This document shows, in pieces, positions 35,924-46,851 of a stretch of DNA of 64,000 bases. The DNA comes from Candidatus Bathyarchaeia archaeon (GTDB taxonomy: Archaea > Thermoproteota > Bathyarchaeia > 40CM-2-53-6): assembly GCA_049513715.1 (NCBI GenBank), contig JBEKVV010000003.1, positions 160,001 through 224,000 of the forward strand, written 5' to 3'. Each line of letters begins with the position of its first letter. Positions within the stretch are counted from its first letter, which is position 1. The translations under genes and the position numbers were made by a program. Below the pieces are notes generated by a model. The model searched no databases and was not told the origin of the DNA. It saw nothing but the letters and a program-made list of their open reading frames with translations.

Positions 35924-37720
35924 TTGCTCGAGATCGAAGGTAGGACGAGCCTACATGAAATGACGCGCACTCTAGTGGACACTGCGACGGGTAGGGTGAA
36001 AGCGGACCTCGTTATCCGTAATGCATTATTAGTGAACGTGAATACGGGAGAGATTCTCGAGAAGCAGGAAGTGGCTGTCAAGAAGGACCGCATTGCCCTC
36101 GTAGGTGACACTAGAGGAGCAATTGGACCTGAAACTCAGGTTATTGACGTCCGAGGAATGTATCTAGTTCCGGGTTTCATCGATGGCCATATGCACATTG
36201 AAAGCTCCATGGTCACCGCCACAGAGTTTGCGAAAGCAGTTCTCCCCCATGGGACGACCACAGCTTTCGTTGACCCCCATGAAATAACCAACGTGCTCGG
36301 CTTGGATGGTGTTCGATTCTTCCTGGAAGAATCGCGCGGCCTTCCATTGAAGGTACTAATCACATTTCCCTCTTGCGTTCCGGCGGCACCCGGTTTCGAG
36401 ACATCTGGAGCTTCTATAGGTCCAGCTGATGTGGAGGCTGCAATGAAGTGGAAGGGGGTTGTGGCGTTGGGGGAGATGATGAACTACCCCGGCGTACTCG
36501 CATCGGACAGCCAAGTTCATGGTGAGATCGCAGCCTCGCTCAAAGCAGGCCGCGTTGTGGAGGGGCACGCCGTGGACCTGTTGGACCAAAACCTAGCCGC
36601 GTACGCAGCCGCAGGCATCACGTCCTGCCACGAATCAACCAAGATGATTCAGGCAATGCAAAAGCTCCGGTTCGGGATGTACGCGATGCTTAGGGAGGCG
36701 TCGGCGTCGCATGATGTTGCCGACACCATTCGCGCTATAACCGAACAGAAACTGAACCCGAGGCATGTCTGCCTGGTGACCGATGATAGGGAGCCAGACT
36801 CCCTCTTACGAGAGGGCCACATAGATCATGTCATACGGAGAGCGATCGAAGAGGGTGTAGACCCTGTTACCGCTATTCAGATGGCTTCGCTGAATGTAGC
36901 TGAACATTACGAGTGCGCAAGGGAATTTGGCAGCATCGCTCCGGCAAGGTTCGCGGACATGGTGATTCTCAGCAAGCTGGAAACGGTTGAAGTTGACACG
37001 GTAATCGCCAACGGGCAACTAGTCAGCCGTGAAGGAAGACTCGTCGCCCACATTGCCCCACCGGTCTTCCCTGACTCAGCTCGACATTCCGTGCGGCTGA
37101 AACAACTCCCTACCGCGAACGACATATTGATTCGATCAAAAACCAATCAAGGTTCAGTGAGAGTTAGGGCGATTGGCGTCCAGCCTACCAGTATCTACAC
37201 GAAGAATGTTGAATCAGAGGTAACTGTCAAAGAAGGCAAAGCCCTTGCGAACGTAGATGAGGACATCCTAAAAATTGCAGTCTTCGAGCGGCACAAGGCT
37301 TCAGGAAATGTGGGGCTTGGCTTCGTCAAAGGTTTAGGCTTGAAGGAGGGAGCGGTGGCCTCGACGGTTGGCCATGACAGTCACAACCTCACTCTCGCTG
37401 GAGCCAATGACAGGGACATGCTTGCTGCGGCAAAAGTGCTGGTCGATATCGAGGGCGGAATGGCGGTGGTAAGAGAGGGGAAGGTGCTTGCACATGTTCC
37501 GTTACCTATCGCAGGCCTCATGTCAGACAAATCCGTAGAAGTTGTTTCAAATCAAGTCGTCGAACTAAAGAGAGCTTGGACAGACCTAGGTTCGACCCTT
37601 CCGTCACCGCACATAACCCTCGCCTTCACAACGCTATCGGTAATACCGGAACTCAGAATCACGGACAAAGGGCTTCTAGATACTGTTCACTTCAAGTTCG
37701 TGAGCCCACTAATCGAGTAG
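35924..37720 (+). CDS. ade: Adenine deaminase
   Basis: PGFIDGHMHIESSM, DPHEI, GEMMNYPGV, VTDD and STVGHDSHN. Start position approximate. Confidence 0.93.
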   Translation: MLEIEGRTSLHEMTRTLVDTATGRVKADLVIRNALLVNVNTGEILEKQEVAVKKDRIALVGDTRGAIGPETQVIDVRGMYLVPGFIDGHMHIESSMVTATEFAKAVLPHGTTTAFVDPHEITNVLGLDGVRFFLEESRGLPLKVLITFPSCVPAAPGFETSGASIGPADVEAAMKWKGVVALGEMMNYPGVLASDSQVHGEIAASLKAGRVVEGHAVDLLDQNLAAYAAAGITSCHESTKMIQAMQKLRFGMYAMLREASASHDVADTIRAITEQKLNPRHVCLVTDDREPDSLLREGHIDHVIRRAIEEGVDPVTAIQMASLNVAEHYECAREFGSIAPARFADMVILSKLETVEVDTVIANGQLVSREGRLVAHIAPPVFPDSARHSVRLKQLPTANDILIRSKTNQGSVRVRAIGVQPTSIYTKNVESEVTVKEGKALANVDEDILKIAVFERHKASGNVGLGFVKGLGLKEGAVASTVGHDSHNLTLAGANDRDMLAAAKVLVDIEGGMAVVREGKVLAHVPLPIAGLMSDKSVEVVSNQVVELKRAWTDLGSTLPSPHITLAFTTLSVIPELRITDKGLLDTVHFKFVSPLIE

Positions 37721-37739
37721 ACCCAAACGGAAACCACTA

Positions 37740-38741
37740 CTACTTTGGTTCGAAAGTGTCTATCATGGCGTGAACGTCATCTGCGAGAGGATACAGAATA
37801 GGACATGTGCAGCCCGTGTTGCAGTATTCCTCGACCTTCTTGATGCAGTCGTCCGCTGTTCCACTTGCTGTAATCAATTGAACGAGCTTGTCGTCAACAA
37901 GCCTTTTCGCTTTTTCTAATCCTCCCGGTTTGGCTGGCCAGCCACCCAAGGCTTGCTTTACTTCCTCAATGAGGCTTTCTTTGACTCCGCTTGCTTTGGC
38001 GATGTGGGGTTGCTGTCCCAAGTATTGTGCGACCAGCGGGCGAGCACTATCCAACGCTCTGTCCACATCTTCGTCAAGTGAGCAAACGATAAGTTGCGGC
38101 CTATCAAGACCCTGCCATTTTCTGCCGCCTTTCTCAGCGCCTTGTTTAAGGTACTCTACGGCCTTGCGGTTATACTCCGGCGAGACAAGGTAATTCAGTA
38201 GAACGCCGTCAGCGATCTCGCCTGTGAGAACCATCATGTCCCAACCTGTTGCCCCAATGTAGATTGGGATAGGCCTCGGAGTAGACGGGTCACCATAAAC
38301 AACATCAAGCCGTATATCGCGAACATTCACGAATTCGCCTTCAAACGTCACGTTCTCCATCCTGAACAATCTTTGAAGAACCGTCACGTACTCACGCATT
38401 GCCTTCAAAGGTTTCTTGCGTTCGATTCCAACCTTCCACGCGAGCGGGTCCCACCACGCACCCACCCCGAGCAAACCGCGCCCATCAGACAGGTCGTCGA
38501 GCGTAAGGAAAGTTGCCGCCGTCAGAGCCACGTTCCGGGTCCAATTATTGATCACCCCCGTTCCAAGTTTGATTTTCTCAGTAACAGCCGCTATTGCGGC
38601 TAGCGGAGTGATCGCGTCACGCGCAAGCCGCGATTCCGCATGCCACACAGCCTCAAACCCCTTCTTCTCAGCGTACTGTGCCAGCGTCAACTCTTCGCGG
38701 AGCCGATGCTTATCTTGCAGGTAGAGGGCAACTCGATTCAA
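37740..38741 (-). CDS. LLM-class (luciferase-like, possibly F420-dependent) oxidoreductase
   Basis: [35 protein letters not shown] and PIYIGATG. Start placed at TTG 38741. Confidence 0.88.
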   Translation of the reverse strand: MNRVALYLQDKHRLREELTLAQYAEKKGFEAVWHAESRLARDAITPLAAIAAVTEKIKLGTGVINNWTRNVALTAATFLTLDDLSDGRGLLGVGAWWDPLAWKVGIERKKPLKAMREYVTVLQRLFRMENVTFEGEFVNVRDIRLDVVYGDPSTPRPIPIYIGATGWDMMVLTGEIADGVLLNYLVSPEYNRKAVEYLKQGAEKGGRKWQGLDRPQLIVCSLDEDVDRALDSARPLVAQYLGQQPHIAKASGVKESLIEEVKQALGGWPAKPGGLEKAKRLVDDKLVQLITASGTADDCIKKVEEYCNTGCTCPILYPLADDVHAMIDTFEPK

Positions 38742-38932
38742 ATGAAGCGCCAGTAAGAATCTACCAAAGCACCCTGCAATTAGCTCTTGCTGGCACTCGA
38801 TGTGCCAAATCAACGCGGCACTTTCTATCAATTGGGTTATGCGCAGAGAGATCCTGCACTCGCAGTGACTAAGGAGGAAGGTTAAGATACTTCAAAACGA
38901 TTCGCGATTAGAACACCGCCGGGGAATTATCA

Positions 38933-39409
38933 ATGCGAGTGGAGCGTGCAATCAGTTTCAAGTTGAATGGCAAACATATGACGGTCAAATGCCCACCCGC
39001 GTACACACTTCTCGAGGTTCTCCGAGAGCAACTCCAAGTGACAGGGCCAAAGGAAGACTGCGCTAAGGGGGAATGCGGAGCCTGCACAGTCCTCATGAAT
39101 GGCCAACCTGTATGCTCCTGCTTGGTCCTAGTTTCACAGACGCAGGGCGCTGACATCATCACCTCGGAGGGGTTGGTGAAAGACGGAAAACCGAACCCTG
39201 TCCAAGAAGCATTTGTCGAGGAAGGCGCTGTTCAATGTGGCCATTGTATTCCCGGCATGATAGTTTCTGCATCCGCTTTACTAATGCGAAACCCAGAACC
39301 GTCCCCAGCCGAAATAAGGACCGCTCTCGGCGGAAACCTCTGCAGGTGCACAGGTTATACGAAAATCATCGCTGCAGTTCAGAAAGCTGCGAAGAACTGG
39401 AACAGGTGA
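38933..39409 (+). CDS. Xanthine dehydrogenase family [2Fe-2S] small subunit
   Basis: CAKGECGACTV, QCGHCIPG and NLCRCTGY. Confidence 0.95.
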   Translation: MRVERAISFKLNGKHMTVKCPPAYTLLEVLREQLQVTGPKEDCAKGECGACTVLMNGQPVCSCLVLVSQTQGADIITSEGLVKDGKPNPVQEAFVEEGAVQCGHCIPGMIVSASALLMRNPEPSPAEIRTALGGNLCRCTGYTKIIAAVQKAAKNWNR

Positions 39410-39414
39410 ATTCT

Positions 39415-40299
39415 ATGATGCGGTCCGAAATTGACGTTCTGTCACCCCGGACCCTGGACGAGGCACTCGACCTGTTGGGACAGAAACAAACTCAGTTGAA
39501 AATTGTCGCGGGAGGTTCGGACGTGATAGTCCAGCTAAGGGACGGCGTCATCAAAACAAACAGGCTTCTAAGCATTCTGGGGTTGAAGGAGCTTCGATTC
39601 ATCAAGCAAACCAACGGAAGCATACACATCGGTTCGCTGGCCACATACAGTGACATTACCACTTCAACGCTGACACGAACTCACGCGTGGGTCCTTGTTG
39701 AGGCAGCTAAACAGATTGGCGCAATACAACTGCAAAATACCGCAACGATAGGAGGAAATCTGGGTAACGCATCCCCAGCTGGAGACAGCCTACCGCCCCT
39801 TTACGCGCTAGACGCAGTTGTGGTGACACGGAGCAAGTCTGGTCAACGAGAAATCCCAATTGAAGACTACTTCACCGGTTACCGTAAGACCATGCTGAGA
39901 CCCGACGAGCTGATTCAGGAAATTCACTTTCCTCAACTTGGCACGAGCGACCGAGGCCGGTACCTGAAGCTTGGGCTGCGGGAAGCGAACGCTATCTCAA
40001 TCGTAGATGCCGCTGTAGTATTAAGGGATGGAAAACCCGATGGCTCATACGCCGAAGCACGAGTCGCACTAGGAGCTGTGGCACCCACAATTGTGCGAGC
40101 GCGAGGATGCGAGAAAGAGTTAACGAACAGAGTTCTGACTGCAGAGAACATTCGTGAAGCAGCATCTCTCGCGGCGAATGACGCCAAACCCATTGACGAC
40201 ATTAGGGCTTCAGCTGCTTACAGGAAGGAGGTTGTTGTTTCACTCGTTTACCAAGCGCTCTATGAGTCGCTGTTCGGAAGTGCAGGGAAAAATGAGTAA
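39415..40299 (+). CDS. Xanthine dehydrogenase family FAD-binding subunit
   Basis: AGGSD, ATIGGNLGNASPAGD and DIRASAAYR. Confidence 0.93.
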   Translation: MMRSEIDVLSPRTLDEALDLLGQKQTQLKIVAGGSDVIVQLRDGVIKTNRLLSILGLKELRFIKQTNGSIHIGSLATYSDITTSTLTRTHAWVLVEAAKQIGAIQLQNTATIGGNLGNASPAGDSLPPLYALDAVVVTRSKSGQREIPIEDYFTGYRKTMLRPDELIQEIHFPQLGTSDRGRYLKLGLREANAISIVDAAVVLRDGKPDGSYAEARVALGAVAPTIVRARGCEKELTNRVLTAENIREAASLAANDAKPIDDIRASAAYRKEVVVSLVYQALYESLFGSAGKNE

Positions 40300-40531
40300 T
40301 CCTGTGAAGGTCAAGGTCAAGATCTTCGGCGCTCCCTCGTTAGCACTGGAAAGCAGAGAAGTGACACTTGAACTCAAAGAAAACGCGACAACCGACGACC
40401 TACTGAAATCCATTTCCGTCGAAGACAAGGATTACTTGTACGTCGTCCGCGGGGGCATCAGGCTCAACCGGTCCACCAAACTGAACGATGGAGACGAAGT
40501 CCTGGTTGTGCCGCCGATTGCCGGAGGATGA
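40292..40531 (+). CDS. MoaD/ThiS (SAMP) ubiquitin-like protein
   Basis: 79 aa ending LNDGDEVLVVPPIAGG. Confidence 0.9.
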   Translation: MSNPVKVKVKIFGAPSLALESREVTLELKENATTDDLLKSISVEDKDYLYVVRGGIRLNRSTKLNDGDEVLVVPPIAGG

Positions 40532-40535
40532 TCAA

Positions 40536-42857
40536 ATGACCGAAACCGTTGCCAAACAAGAAGAACTCAGATGGGTAGGGAAATCAGTCGCCAGAAAAGA
40601 TGGCCCCGGCAAGGCAACTGGAGAGACCAAGTTCTTCTCTGATATGAATCTGCCAAACATGCTCTGGGCCAGAGTGACGCGCAGCAAACACCCCCACGCA
40701 CTAATCAAAAGGATCGACACAAGCAAAGCAGAGGCCTTCCCTGGAGTCGTCGCAGTCCTCACACACAAAGACATCCCTGGGCAGAACTGTTTTGGCATCG
40801 TCACACCAGACCAACCCGTCCTATGCTACGACAAAGTAAGATACCTCGGCGATGCGGTCGCGGTGGTGGCCGCCGAAAGCATAGAGGCAGCTGAAACAGC
40901 AGCACGACTCGTCGAAGTCGAATACGAACCCCTCCCGACAGTTACGGACCCAGAAAAAGCAATGAAAACAGGCGCGTCGAAGGTTCACGAGAACGGAAAC
41001 GTCCTGAGGCATGAACACGTCAGGGTTGGCGATGTGGAGAAAGCGTTCCAGCAGGCAGCGATCGTCGTTGAGAACACTTTCCGTACCGGCAGGCAGATGC
41101 ACATGTTCCTTGAAACCGAAGCCGGCATTGGGATGCTGGATGAGGAAGGCAACTTGGTTCTCTATGTTGGAGGGCAGTCCCCTTACCGAGACCAAATGCA
41201 AGTCTCGCGAGCCCTCGGCATCCGCCCCGAAAAGGTCCGCGTGATATCGACACCTGTAGGCGGGGCATTCGGAGGAAAAGAAGAAAACACCGTCCAAATC
41301 CACCTCGCCCTGCTCGCAATGAAAACGAAACGGCCAGTGAAGATGGTTTGGACACGGGAGGAATCGGGCGTGGCGGGGATGAAACGCCACCCCATGGTAG
41401 TTACTATGCGAACCGCGGCCAGCAAGGAAGGAACGATTCTAGCAAACAAAGTTCGAATAGTGGCTGATACTGGCGCGTACGCCTCGCTGGGACCGACAGT
41501 GCTCGACGTCGCCGTCGAAAACTCCTGTGGGCCATACAGAATCCAAAACATCGACATAGAGGCTTACTTGGTGTACACGAACAACGGCGTCGCAGGAGCC
41601 TTCCGAGGGTTCGGCGCCCCCCAAGTCAACTTTGCTCTAGAAACAAACCTAGACATCATCGCGGAGAAACTGCGCATTGATCGACTCGAAATTCGAAAGA
41701 AGAACGCACTTCGCGAAGGCGACACCGGCCCCTTCGGTTACAAGATTCAGGGAAGCATCGGAATACGCGAAACACTCCTGAAGGCCGAAAAATCAGAGAT
41801 CTGGAAGAACCGCAGGAAATACCGGTCGTCCAGTTCAACCCCATGGTTGAAGAGGGGCGTCGGAATCACGGCAGCAGTCAAAGGATTCGGTTTCGGCGCG
41901 CTTCCCGATTTTGCTGCTGCATCGATTCAAATTACTCCAACCGGTAAGTTTGTTGTCGGAGTAAGTTGTCCAGAAATTGGTCAAGGAGCTATCACTGCGT
42001 ATTCGCAGATTGCAGCTGAAGCACTGCAATGTGACATTGGAGACGTCTACATCGCATCTGCCGACTCCCAGTTGGCACCGGACACTGGAACGTCTTCGGC
42101 TTCGATGGCCTTGGTCCGAGGCGGGAACGCCATTCTTGCAACGGCACCCAAGATGAAGGAACTGCTACTTGACACGGCGGCGACAATCACAGGTCAATCG
42201 AAGGAAACACTATCCCTAAAGAACACCGGGGTCGTCTCGCGGAAAAAAGGAAAAATCCTGAGCTACGGCGAGCTTGCCCAATACCTCCAAGAGACCAACG
42301 CGGAAACCAAGGTCATTGCTGGATTCAATGTCCCCAGAGTCGACAAGCCAGTTGAGGGAAGCATTGAGATTCCACATTGGTCCTACATGTACGCCAGCGC
42401 AGTATCACTGGTCGAAGTTAACACATTAACCGGCGGTGTGAAGGTCCTGAAGTTTTTCCTATCTACTGATTGCGGGAAAATCATCAACCCACAATCATAC
42501 ACCGGCCAGTGCGAGGGCGCCATCGTACAAGGGTTAGGGTTTGCGTTGACCGAGGACACTCAAATCGAAGACGGCATCGTCAAAACGAACAACTTCACGA
42601 CATACATAATCCCCTCAATCAGTGATGTGCCCGAAATTCAAGTGGACCCTGTTGAAACCTATGAGAAGATAGGGCCTTTCGGGGCGAAAGGGCTTGGGGA
42701 AATCGGCATCATACCCGTAGGTTCAGCTGTAGCCAGCGCAATCTACGACGCCACAGGTGCGCGCGTATTCATCCTCCCTGCGACTCCCGAACGTGTCTTC
42801 AGAGCTTTGCGAGAGAGGAATGGGTTGGGTAGCAATGGTGGCAAAGGTAAGGGTTAG
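40536..42857 (+). CDS. Xanthine dehydrogenase family molybdopterin-binding large subunit 1
   Basis: GGAFGGK, AFRGFGAPQ, EIGQG and GAKGLGE. Confidence 0.95.
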   Translation: MTETVAKQEELRWVGKSVARKDGPGKATGETKFFSDMNLPNMLWARVTRSKHPHALIKRIDTSKAEAFPGVVAVLTHKDIPGQNCFGIVTPDQPVLCYDKVRYLGDAVAVVAAESIEAAETAARLVEVEYEPLPTVTDPEKAMKTGASKVHENGNVLRHEHVRVGDVEKAFQQAAIVVENTFRTGRQMHMFLETEAGIGMLDEEGNLVLYVGGQSPYRDQMQVSRALGIRPEKVRVISTPVGGAFGGKEENTVQIHLALLAMKTKRPVKMVWTREESGVAGMKRHPMVVTMRTAASKEGTILANKVRIVADTGAYASLGPTVLDVAVENSCGPYRIQNIDIEAYLVYTNNGVAGAFRGFGAPQVNFALETNLDIIAEKLRIDRLEIRKKNALREGDTGPFGYKIQGSIGIRETLLKAEKSEIWKNRRKYRSSSSTPWLKRGVGITAAVKGFGFGALPDFAAASIQITPTGKFVVGVSCPEIGQGAITAYSQIAAEALQCDIGDVYIASADSQLAPDTGTSSASMALVRGGNAILATAPKMKELLLDTAATITGQSKETLSLKNTGVVSRKKGKILSYGELAQYLQETNAETKVIAGFNVPRVDKPVEGSIEIPHWSYMYASAVSLVEVNTLTGGVKVLKFFLSTDCGKIINPQSYTGQCEGAIVQGLGFALTEDTQIEDGIVKTNNFTTYIIPSISDVPEIQVDPVETYEKIGPFGAKGLGEIGIIPVGSAVASAIYDATGARVFILPATPERVFRALRERNGLGSNGGKGKG

Positions 42858-43110
42858 GCTGTTCCACGAGTTACTGCGGAGCGTTGGACGAAGCGAAATT
42901 GAACTCGAAGTCGACACACTGGCCGGCCTCGTTCAACAACTAATCAAAATGCACGCCACAGTCAAAGACGTGCTCTACGATGTCCACGGCGTCCTTCGAG
43001 GCAACATATTATTCTACGTGAACAGTAGGGTTCAGAATCCGCCTGACCTTTCACGGAAACTAAATGACGGGGACCTAATCCTATTAGTTCCACCAGCAGC
43101 CGGGGGCTGA
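42835..43110 (+). CDS. MoaD/ThiS (SAMP) ubiquitin-like protein
   Basis: 91 aa ending LNDGDLILLVPPAAGG. Confidence 0.9.
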   Translation: MVAKVRVRLFHELLRSVGRSEIELEVDTLAGLVQQLIKMHATVKDVLYDVHGVLRGNILFYVNSRVQNPPDLSRKLNDGDLILLVPPAAGG

Positions 43111-43116
43111 GAGCAA

Positions 43117-44004
43117 TTGCGCAGATTCGACATGTACGTTCCAGAGGACCTAGAAGACCTCCTGCAGTACCTGGACGAACATCAGACTGGCTTTCAGTTG
43201 ATTGCGAATGGAAGCGACCTGATCAATCGAATTCAGCGCAAGCAAATTAACCCTAAAACTCTTGTCGACATTTCCGGGCTATCCGAGTTCAACTATGTTC
43301 GAAAGGAAGGCAGCACGATAAAGATAGGAGCCCTAACGACCATCTCTGACCTCTTGTCATCTCCCGTTATAGACTCGCGGCATGAGGTCTTCAGAGAAGT
43401 TGCCGCAAGATTCGGTGGCCCCTCAATCATAAATGTGGCAACTGTTGGCGGCAACGTCTGTGCTGCATCATCCTCCGAGGACCTATTGCCGGTCTTCCTC
43501 GTTTTGGAGGCGAAAGTGAAACTTCGGAGCAAGCACGGCGAGCGTACCGTCACGCTCGAAGAGTTTCTGAAGGGAAAGAGGCTTACCGATCTTAGACCAA
43601 ACGAAATCCTTACCGAGGTTATGTTTGAAGAACTTGACGATAACTCGGCGTGCGCTTTCGAGAAGGTTGGAATGCGAAATTCATTGATAATTGCTTTCGT
43701 CAATTCTGCGGTACGTTTGACACTTGAAAAGGGGTCGAAGCGTGTCGTGGACATTCGGATCGCTTTCAACCGAGTGAACGGCAAAATCCCGCAGCGAGCT
43801 AGGAAGGTTGAAGAGAAGTTGCGGGGTGCGGCTCTAACCGAGGAGAACATCGCGGCCGCCGTCGCTTCGTTGAATAGTGAATTGAAACTTAGCTCCGATT
43901 TCAGGGCGTCCGGTGAATACCGCACAAATGTGGCTTGTGCGCTGTTCAAGCGCGCGCTGAACAGGTGTACTGAGAAACTAATTGGAGAGACCATAATTGT
44001 CTAA
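43117..44004 (+). CDS. Xanthine dehydrogenase family FAD-binding subunit 2
   Basis: ANGSD, ATVGGNV and DFRASGEYR. Confidence 0.92.
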   Translation: MRRFDMYVPEDLEDLLQYLDEHQTGFQLIANGSDLINRIQRKQINPKTLVDISGLSEFNYVRKEGSTIKIGALTTISDLLSSPVIDSRHEVFREVAARFGGPSIINVATVGGNVCAASSSEDLLPVFLVLEAKVKLRSKHGERTVTLEEFLKGKRLTDLRPNEILTEVMFEELDDNSACAFEKVGMRNSLIIAFVNSAVRLTLEKGSKRVVDIRIAFNRVNGKIPQRARKVEEKLRGAALTEENIAAAVASLNSELKLSSDFRASGEYRTNVACALFKRALNRCTEKLIGETIIV

Positions 44005-44470
44005 GCATTTGCTGAAACTCAATGTAAACGGGAAAGAACACGCGATGATGGTTGAATCCCATGAGCGGCTGTTGGATGTCCTGCGGAATCGGTTGGGGTT
44101 GAGGGGAACGAAAGAGGGGTGCAGCACCGGTGACTGCGGCATCTGCGCCGTACTGATGAATGGACGCTTGGTCAACTCCTGTCTGATCCTCGCCATTCAG
44201 GCACGCAACAAGCGAATTACAACCATCGAGGGCATTGGGACAGAGGAAAAACTGCATCCCATCCAGCGAGCCTTCATGAAATGGAACGCCTCTCAGTGCG
44301 GATTCTGTATACCGGCCATGATCCTCGCCGCCAAGGACCTGGTGGACAGGAACCCTGATCCCACTGAGGACGAGATTAGGAAGGCCACTAGTGGGATTCT
44401 GTGCAGATGCACGGGTTACGTCAAAATCGTCGAGGCTGTGAAAACCGCGGCCCAAGAGATGAAGAAGTGA
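43997..44470 (+). CDS. Xanthine dehydrogenase family [2Fe-2S] small subunit 2
   Basis: CSTGDCGICAV, QCGFCIP and LCRCTGY. Confidence 0.95.
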   Translation: MSKHLLKLNVNGKEHAMMVESHERLLDVLRNRLGLRGTKEGCSTGDCGICAVLMNGRLVNSCLILAIQARNKRITTIEGIGTEEKLHPIQRAFMKWNASQCGFCIPAMILAAKDLVDRNPDPTEDEIRKATSGILCRCTGYVKIVEAVKTAAQEMKK

Positions 44471-44476
44471 GAACTC

Positions 44477-46792
44477 ATGGTTGAGCAAACAACCATCCAG
44501 AATCTTTCCAAGGGACGACAACTAGTAGTCGTCGGCAAGAGCGTTGAACGAGTCGACGCGGTCGATAAGGTTCTTGGGAAACCAATCTACACCATGGATA
44601 TCGTTCCTGAGAACGCCCTGCACTTGAAAGTGGTTCGGTCGAGTGTAGCGCACGCCCGGTTGAAGCGGGTCGATTTGTCTGGGGCGCGTGAATTCCCTGG
44701 CGTAGTGGCTGTGGTCACGGCTCAGGATATACCTGGAATAAACGAGTCGACGGCCCTGCTCCCGGACAAGCCATTGTTGGCGACCGATAGGGTGAGGTTT
44801 GTAGGGGAGCCGATCGCCGTAATCGCATCTTATGATCAATCAATTGCTGAGGAAGCGGTTGACTTGGTCAAGGTTGAGTATGAGCCGTTGCCCGCAGTGT
44901 ACTCACCAGTTGAAGCAATGAAAGCGAACGCTCCTAAAATCCACGAAGGGGGAAACGTTGCTAAACACATGAAGTTGCGCAAGGGCAATGTTGAAGACGG
45001 CTTCAACCAAGCGGACCTCATTGTTGCGGGCACCTATAATTCGCAATTCCAAGAACCCGTCCCTCTTGAACCTGAAGCAGGTTTTGTTATCCCCGAATCG
45101 GACGGCTCAGTTACGTGTGTTGGTTCCATACAAAGCCCATTTCATGTGCAAACTGGAATGGCCAAAATCCTTTCGCTACGGCCCGAGCAAGTGCGAGTGA
45201 TTCAGGCCGTCACGGGAGGAGCTTTCGGCCCGAAATCAGACGAGATTCCCCTTGACATTTTCGGCATGGCCGCACTAGTCGCCGTGAAGACAGGAAAGCC
45301 TGCGGCGTTGGCGTACACACGGGAGGAGTCCATGATCGGCCACACCAAACGCCACCCATTCATAATCAACTTGAAAGCAGGCGTGAAGAAGACCGGCAAG
45401 CTTACTGCTTGGGAAGCTGAAATGATCGCGGACACCGGTGCGTACGCTTCGCTCGGGCCGCTCGTCATTATTCGCGCGCTCTTCCACGCTACCGGACCAT
45501 ACGTGATCCCGCACGTGAAAACTGATTCCTATTGCGTATACACGAACAACACTATGGCAGGTTCATTTCGTGGCTTCGGCGGGCCACAAGCACATTTCGC
45601 AGCAGAATCACACATGGACGAGATTGCGAAAAAGCTCGGCATGGACCCAGTGGAACTACGCTTGTTGAACATTCTAAGGCCGGGGGAATTGATGGCTACA
45701 AGCCAAGTCGTTGATGAGGCCTGCGGCCTGGAGGAATGCGTGAATAGGGCTAGAGATGAATCCGGCTGGTACAAGAAGCGAGAGCAATTCAGCAAAATGC
45801 ATGGGACGATGAGGAAAGGCCTTGGCATCGCGATCATGTACCACGGCAACAGCCTAGGCCCGGAAGGTAGTGACTACGCCGCAGTGCACATGCATATCGA
45901 CAGAGACGGTACAGTGCACCTCAGAACCGGGCTCACAGAATACGGAACTGGTGCGACTTCCGGTTTGCTTCAGATTGCGGCAGAGGTCATGCACCTTCCG
46001 ATGAGTTACTTCAGGCTCGAACCACCCGACACTAAGTACTGCTCGGACACGGGACCGACGGTAGCCTCGCGGACCATCACTATCGGTGGGCGGGCTTCCC
46101 AAATGGTTTCTGGAAAACTCGACCGGAAACTCCGGGGGGTTGCAGCAGAGAAACTTCGCTGCAATGTTGACGAAGTAGAATCGAGCAACGGGGCCTATTT
46201 TGTGAACACTGACGCGAAACGTTCCGTGCCGTACCTCGACGTAGTCAAATGGGCCTACGAACATGGGGGAGCGCTCAAAGACGCTGGGACATTCACTGCT
46301 CCGAAATGTGAGTACGACCCGGAAACAAGCCAAGGAACCACCTACCTGCAGTACACATATGGTGCTGTCACCGCAGAGGTGGAAGTTGATACTGAAACTG
46401 GACGCGTGCAAGTCAACAAGATGGTGACCGCTTACGATGTCGGGAAGACCATCAACCCACTATCACTTGTAGGCCAGATTGAGGGTGGAACGGTGCAGGG
46501 CTTAGGTTACGGTTTGATGGAGGAGTTGGTTCACAAGAATGGTGTAGTCGTCAACCCCAACCTAGCTGACTACTACATACCCACATCTATGGACATACCC
46601 GAAATCAGAACCATAATCGTCGAATACCCCGGCCATCTCGGACCCTACGGGGCCAAGGCAATAGGCGAGCCACCAGTAGTCCTTCCGGCTGCAGCAATCG
46701 TAAACGCCATAGACAACGCAATCGGTGTCAGGCTGACGCAGATACCTGCAACCCCAGACAGAGTCCTCATGGCCATCAAGAACAAGGCTTGA
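44477..46792 (+). CDS. Xanthine dehydrogenase family molybdopterin-binding large subunit 2
   Basis: GGAFGPK, SFRGFGGPQ, VASRT and GAKAIGE. Confidence 0.95.
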   Translation: MVEQTTIQNLSKGRQLVVVGKSVERVDAVDKVLGKPIYTMDIVPENALHLKVVRSSVAHARLKRVDLSGAREFPGVVAVVTAQDIPGINESTALLPDKPLLATDRVRFVGEPIAVIASYDQSIAEEAVDLVKVEYEPLPAVYSPVEAMKANAPKIHEGGNVAKHMKLRKGNVEDGFNQADLIVAGTYNSQFQEPVPLEPEAGFVIPESDGSVTCVGSIQSPFHVQTGMAKILSLRPEQVRVIQAVTGGAFGPKSDEIPLDIFGMAALVAVKTGKPAALAYTREESMIGHTKRHPFIINLKAGVKKTGKLTAWEAEMIADTGAYASLGPLVIIRALFHATGPYVIPHVKTDSYCVYTNNTMAGSFRGFGGPQAHFAAESHMDEIAKKLGMDPVELRLLNILRPGELMATSQVVDEACGLEECVNRARDESGWYKKREQFSKMHGTMRKGLGIAIMYHGNSLGPEGSDYAAVHMHIDRDGTVHLRTGLTEYGTGATSGLLQIAAEVMHLPMSYFRLEPPDTKYCSDTGPTVASRTITIGGRASQMVSGKLDRKLRGVAAEKLRCNVDEVESSNGAYFVNTDAKRSVPYLDVVKWAYEHGGALKDAGTFTAPKCEYDPETSQGTTYLQYTYGAVTAEVEVDTETGRVQVNKMVTAYDVGKTINPLSLVGQIEGGTVQGLGYGLMEELVHKNGVVVNPNLADYYIPTSMDIPEIRTIIVEYPGHLGPYGAKAIGEPPVVLPAAAIVNAIDNAIGVRLTQIPATPDRVLMAIKNKA

Positions 46793-46851
46793 AAAAATGA
46801 TTATATGGGCCCTGACCGCAGTCCCCTCCAAGGCAAAGGAGCCAACTTCGC

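Noticed and set aside
43293..43994. Long antisense ORFs (e.g. 43293-43994, 28689-29228, 23209-23730, 40821-41390)
   Set aside because: They lie opposite well-supported genes, carry no motifs, and are shadow ORFs.
38933..46792. Aerobic CO dehydrogenase (CoxMSL)
   Set aside because: The large subunits have AFRGFG and SFRGFG, not the AYxCSFR loop of form I CoxL.
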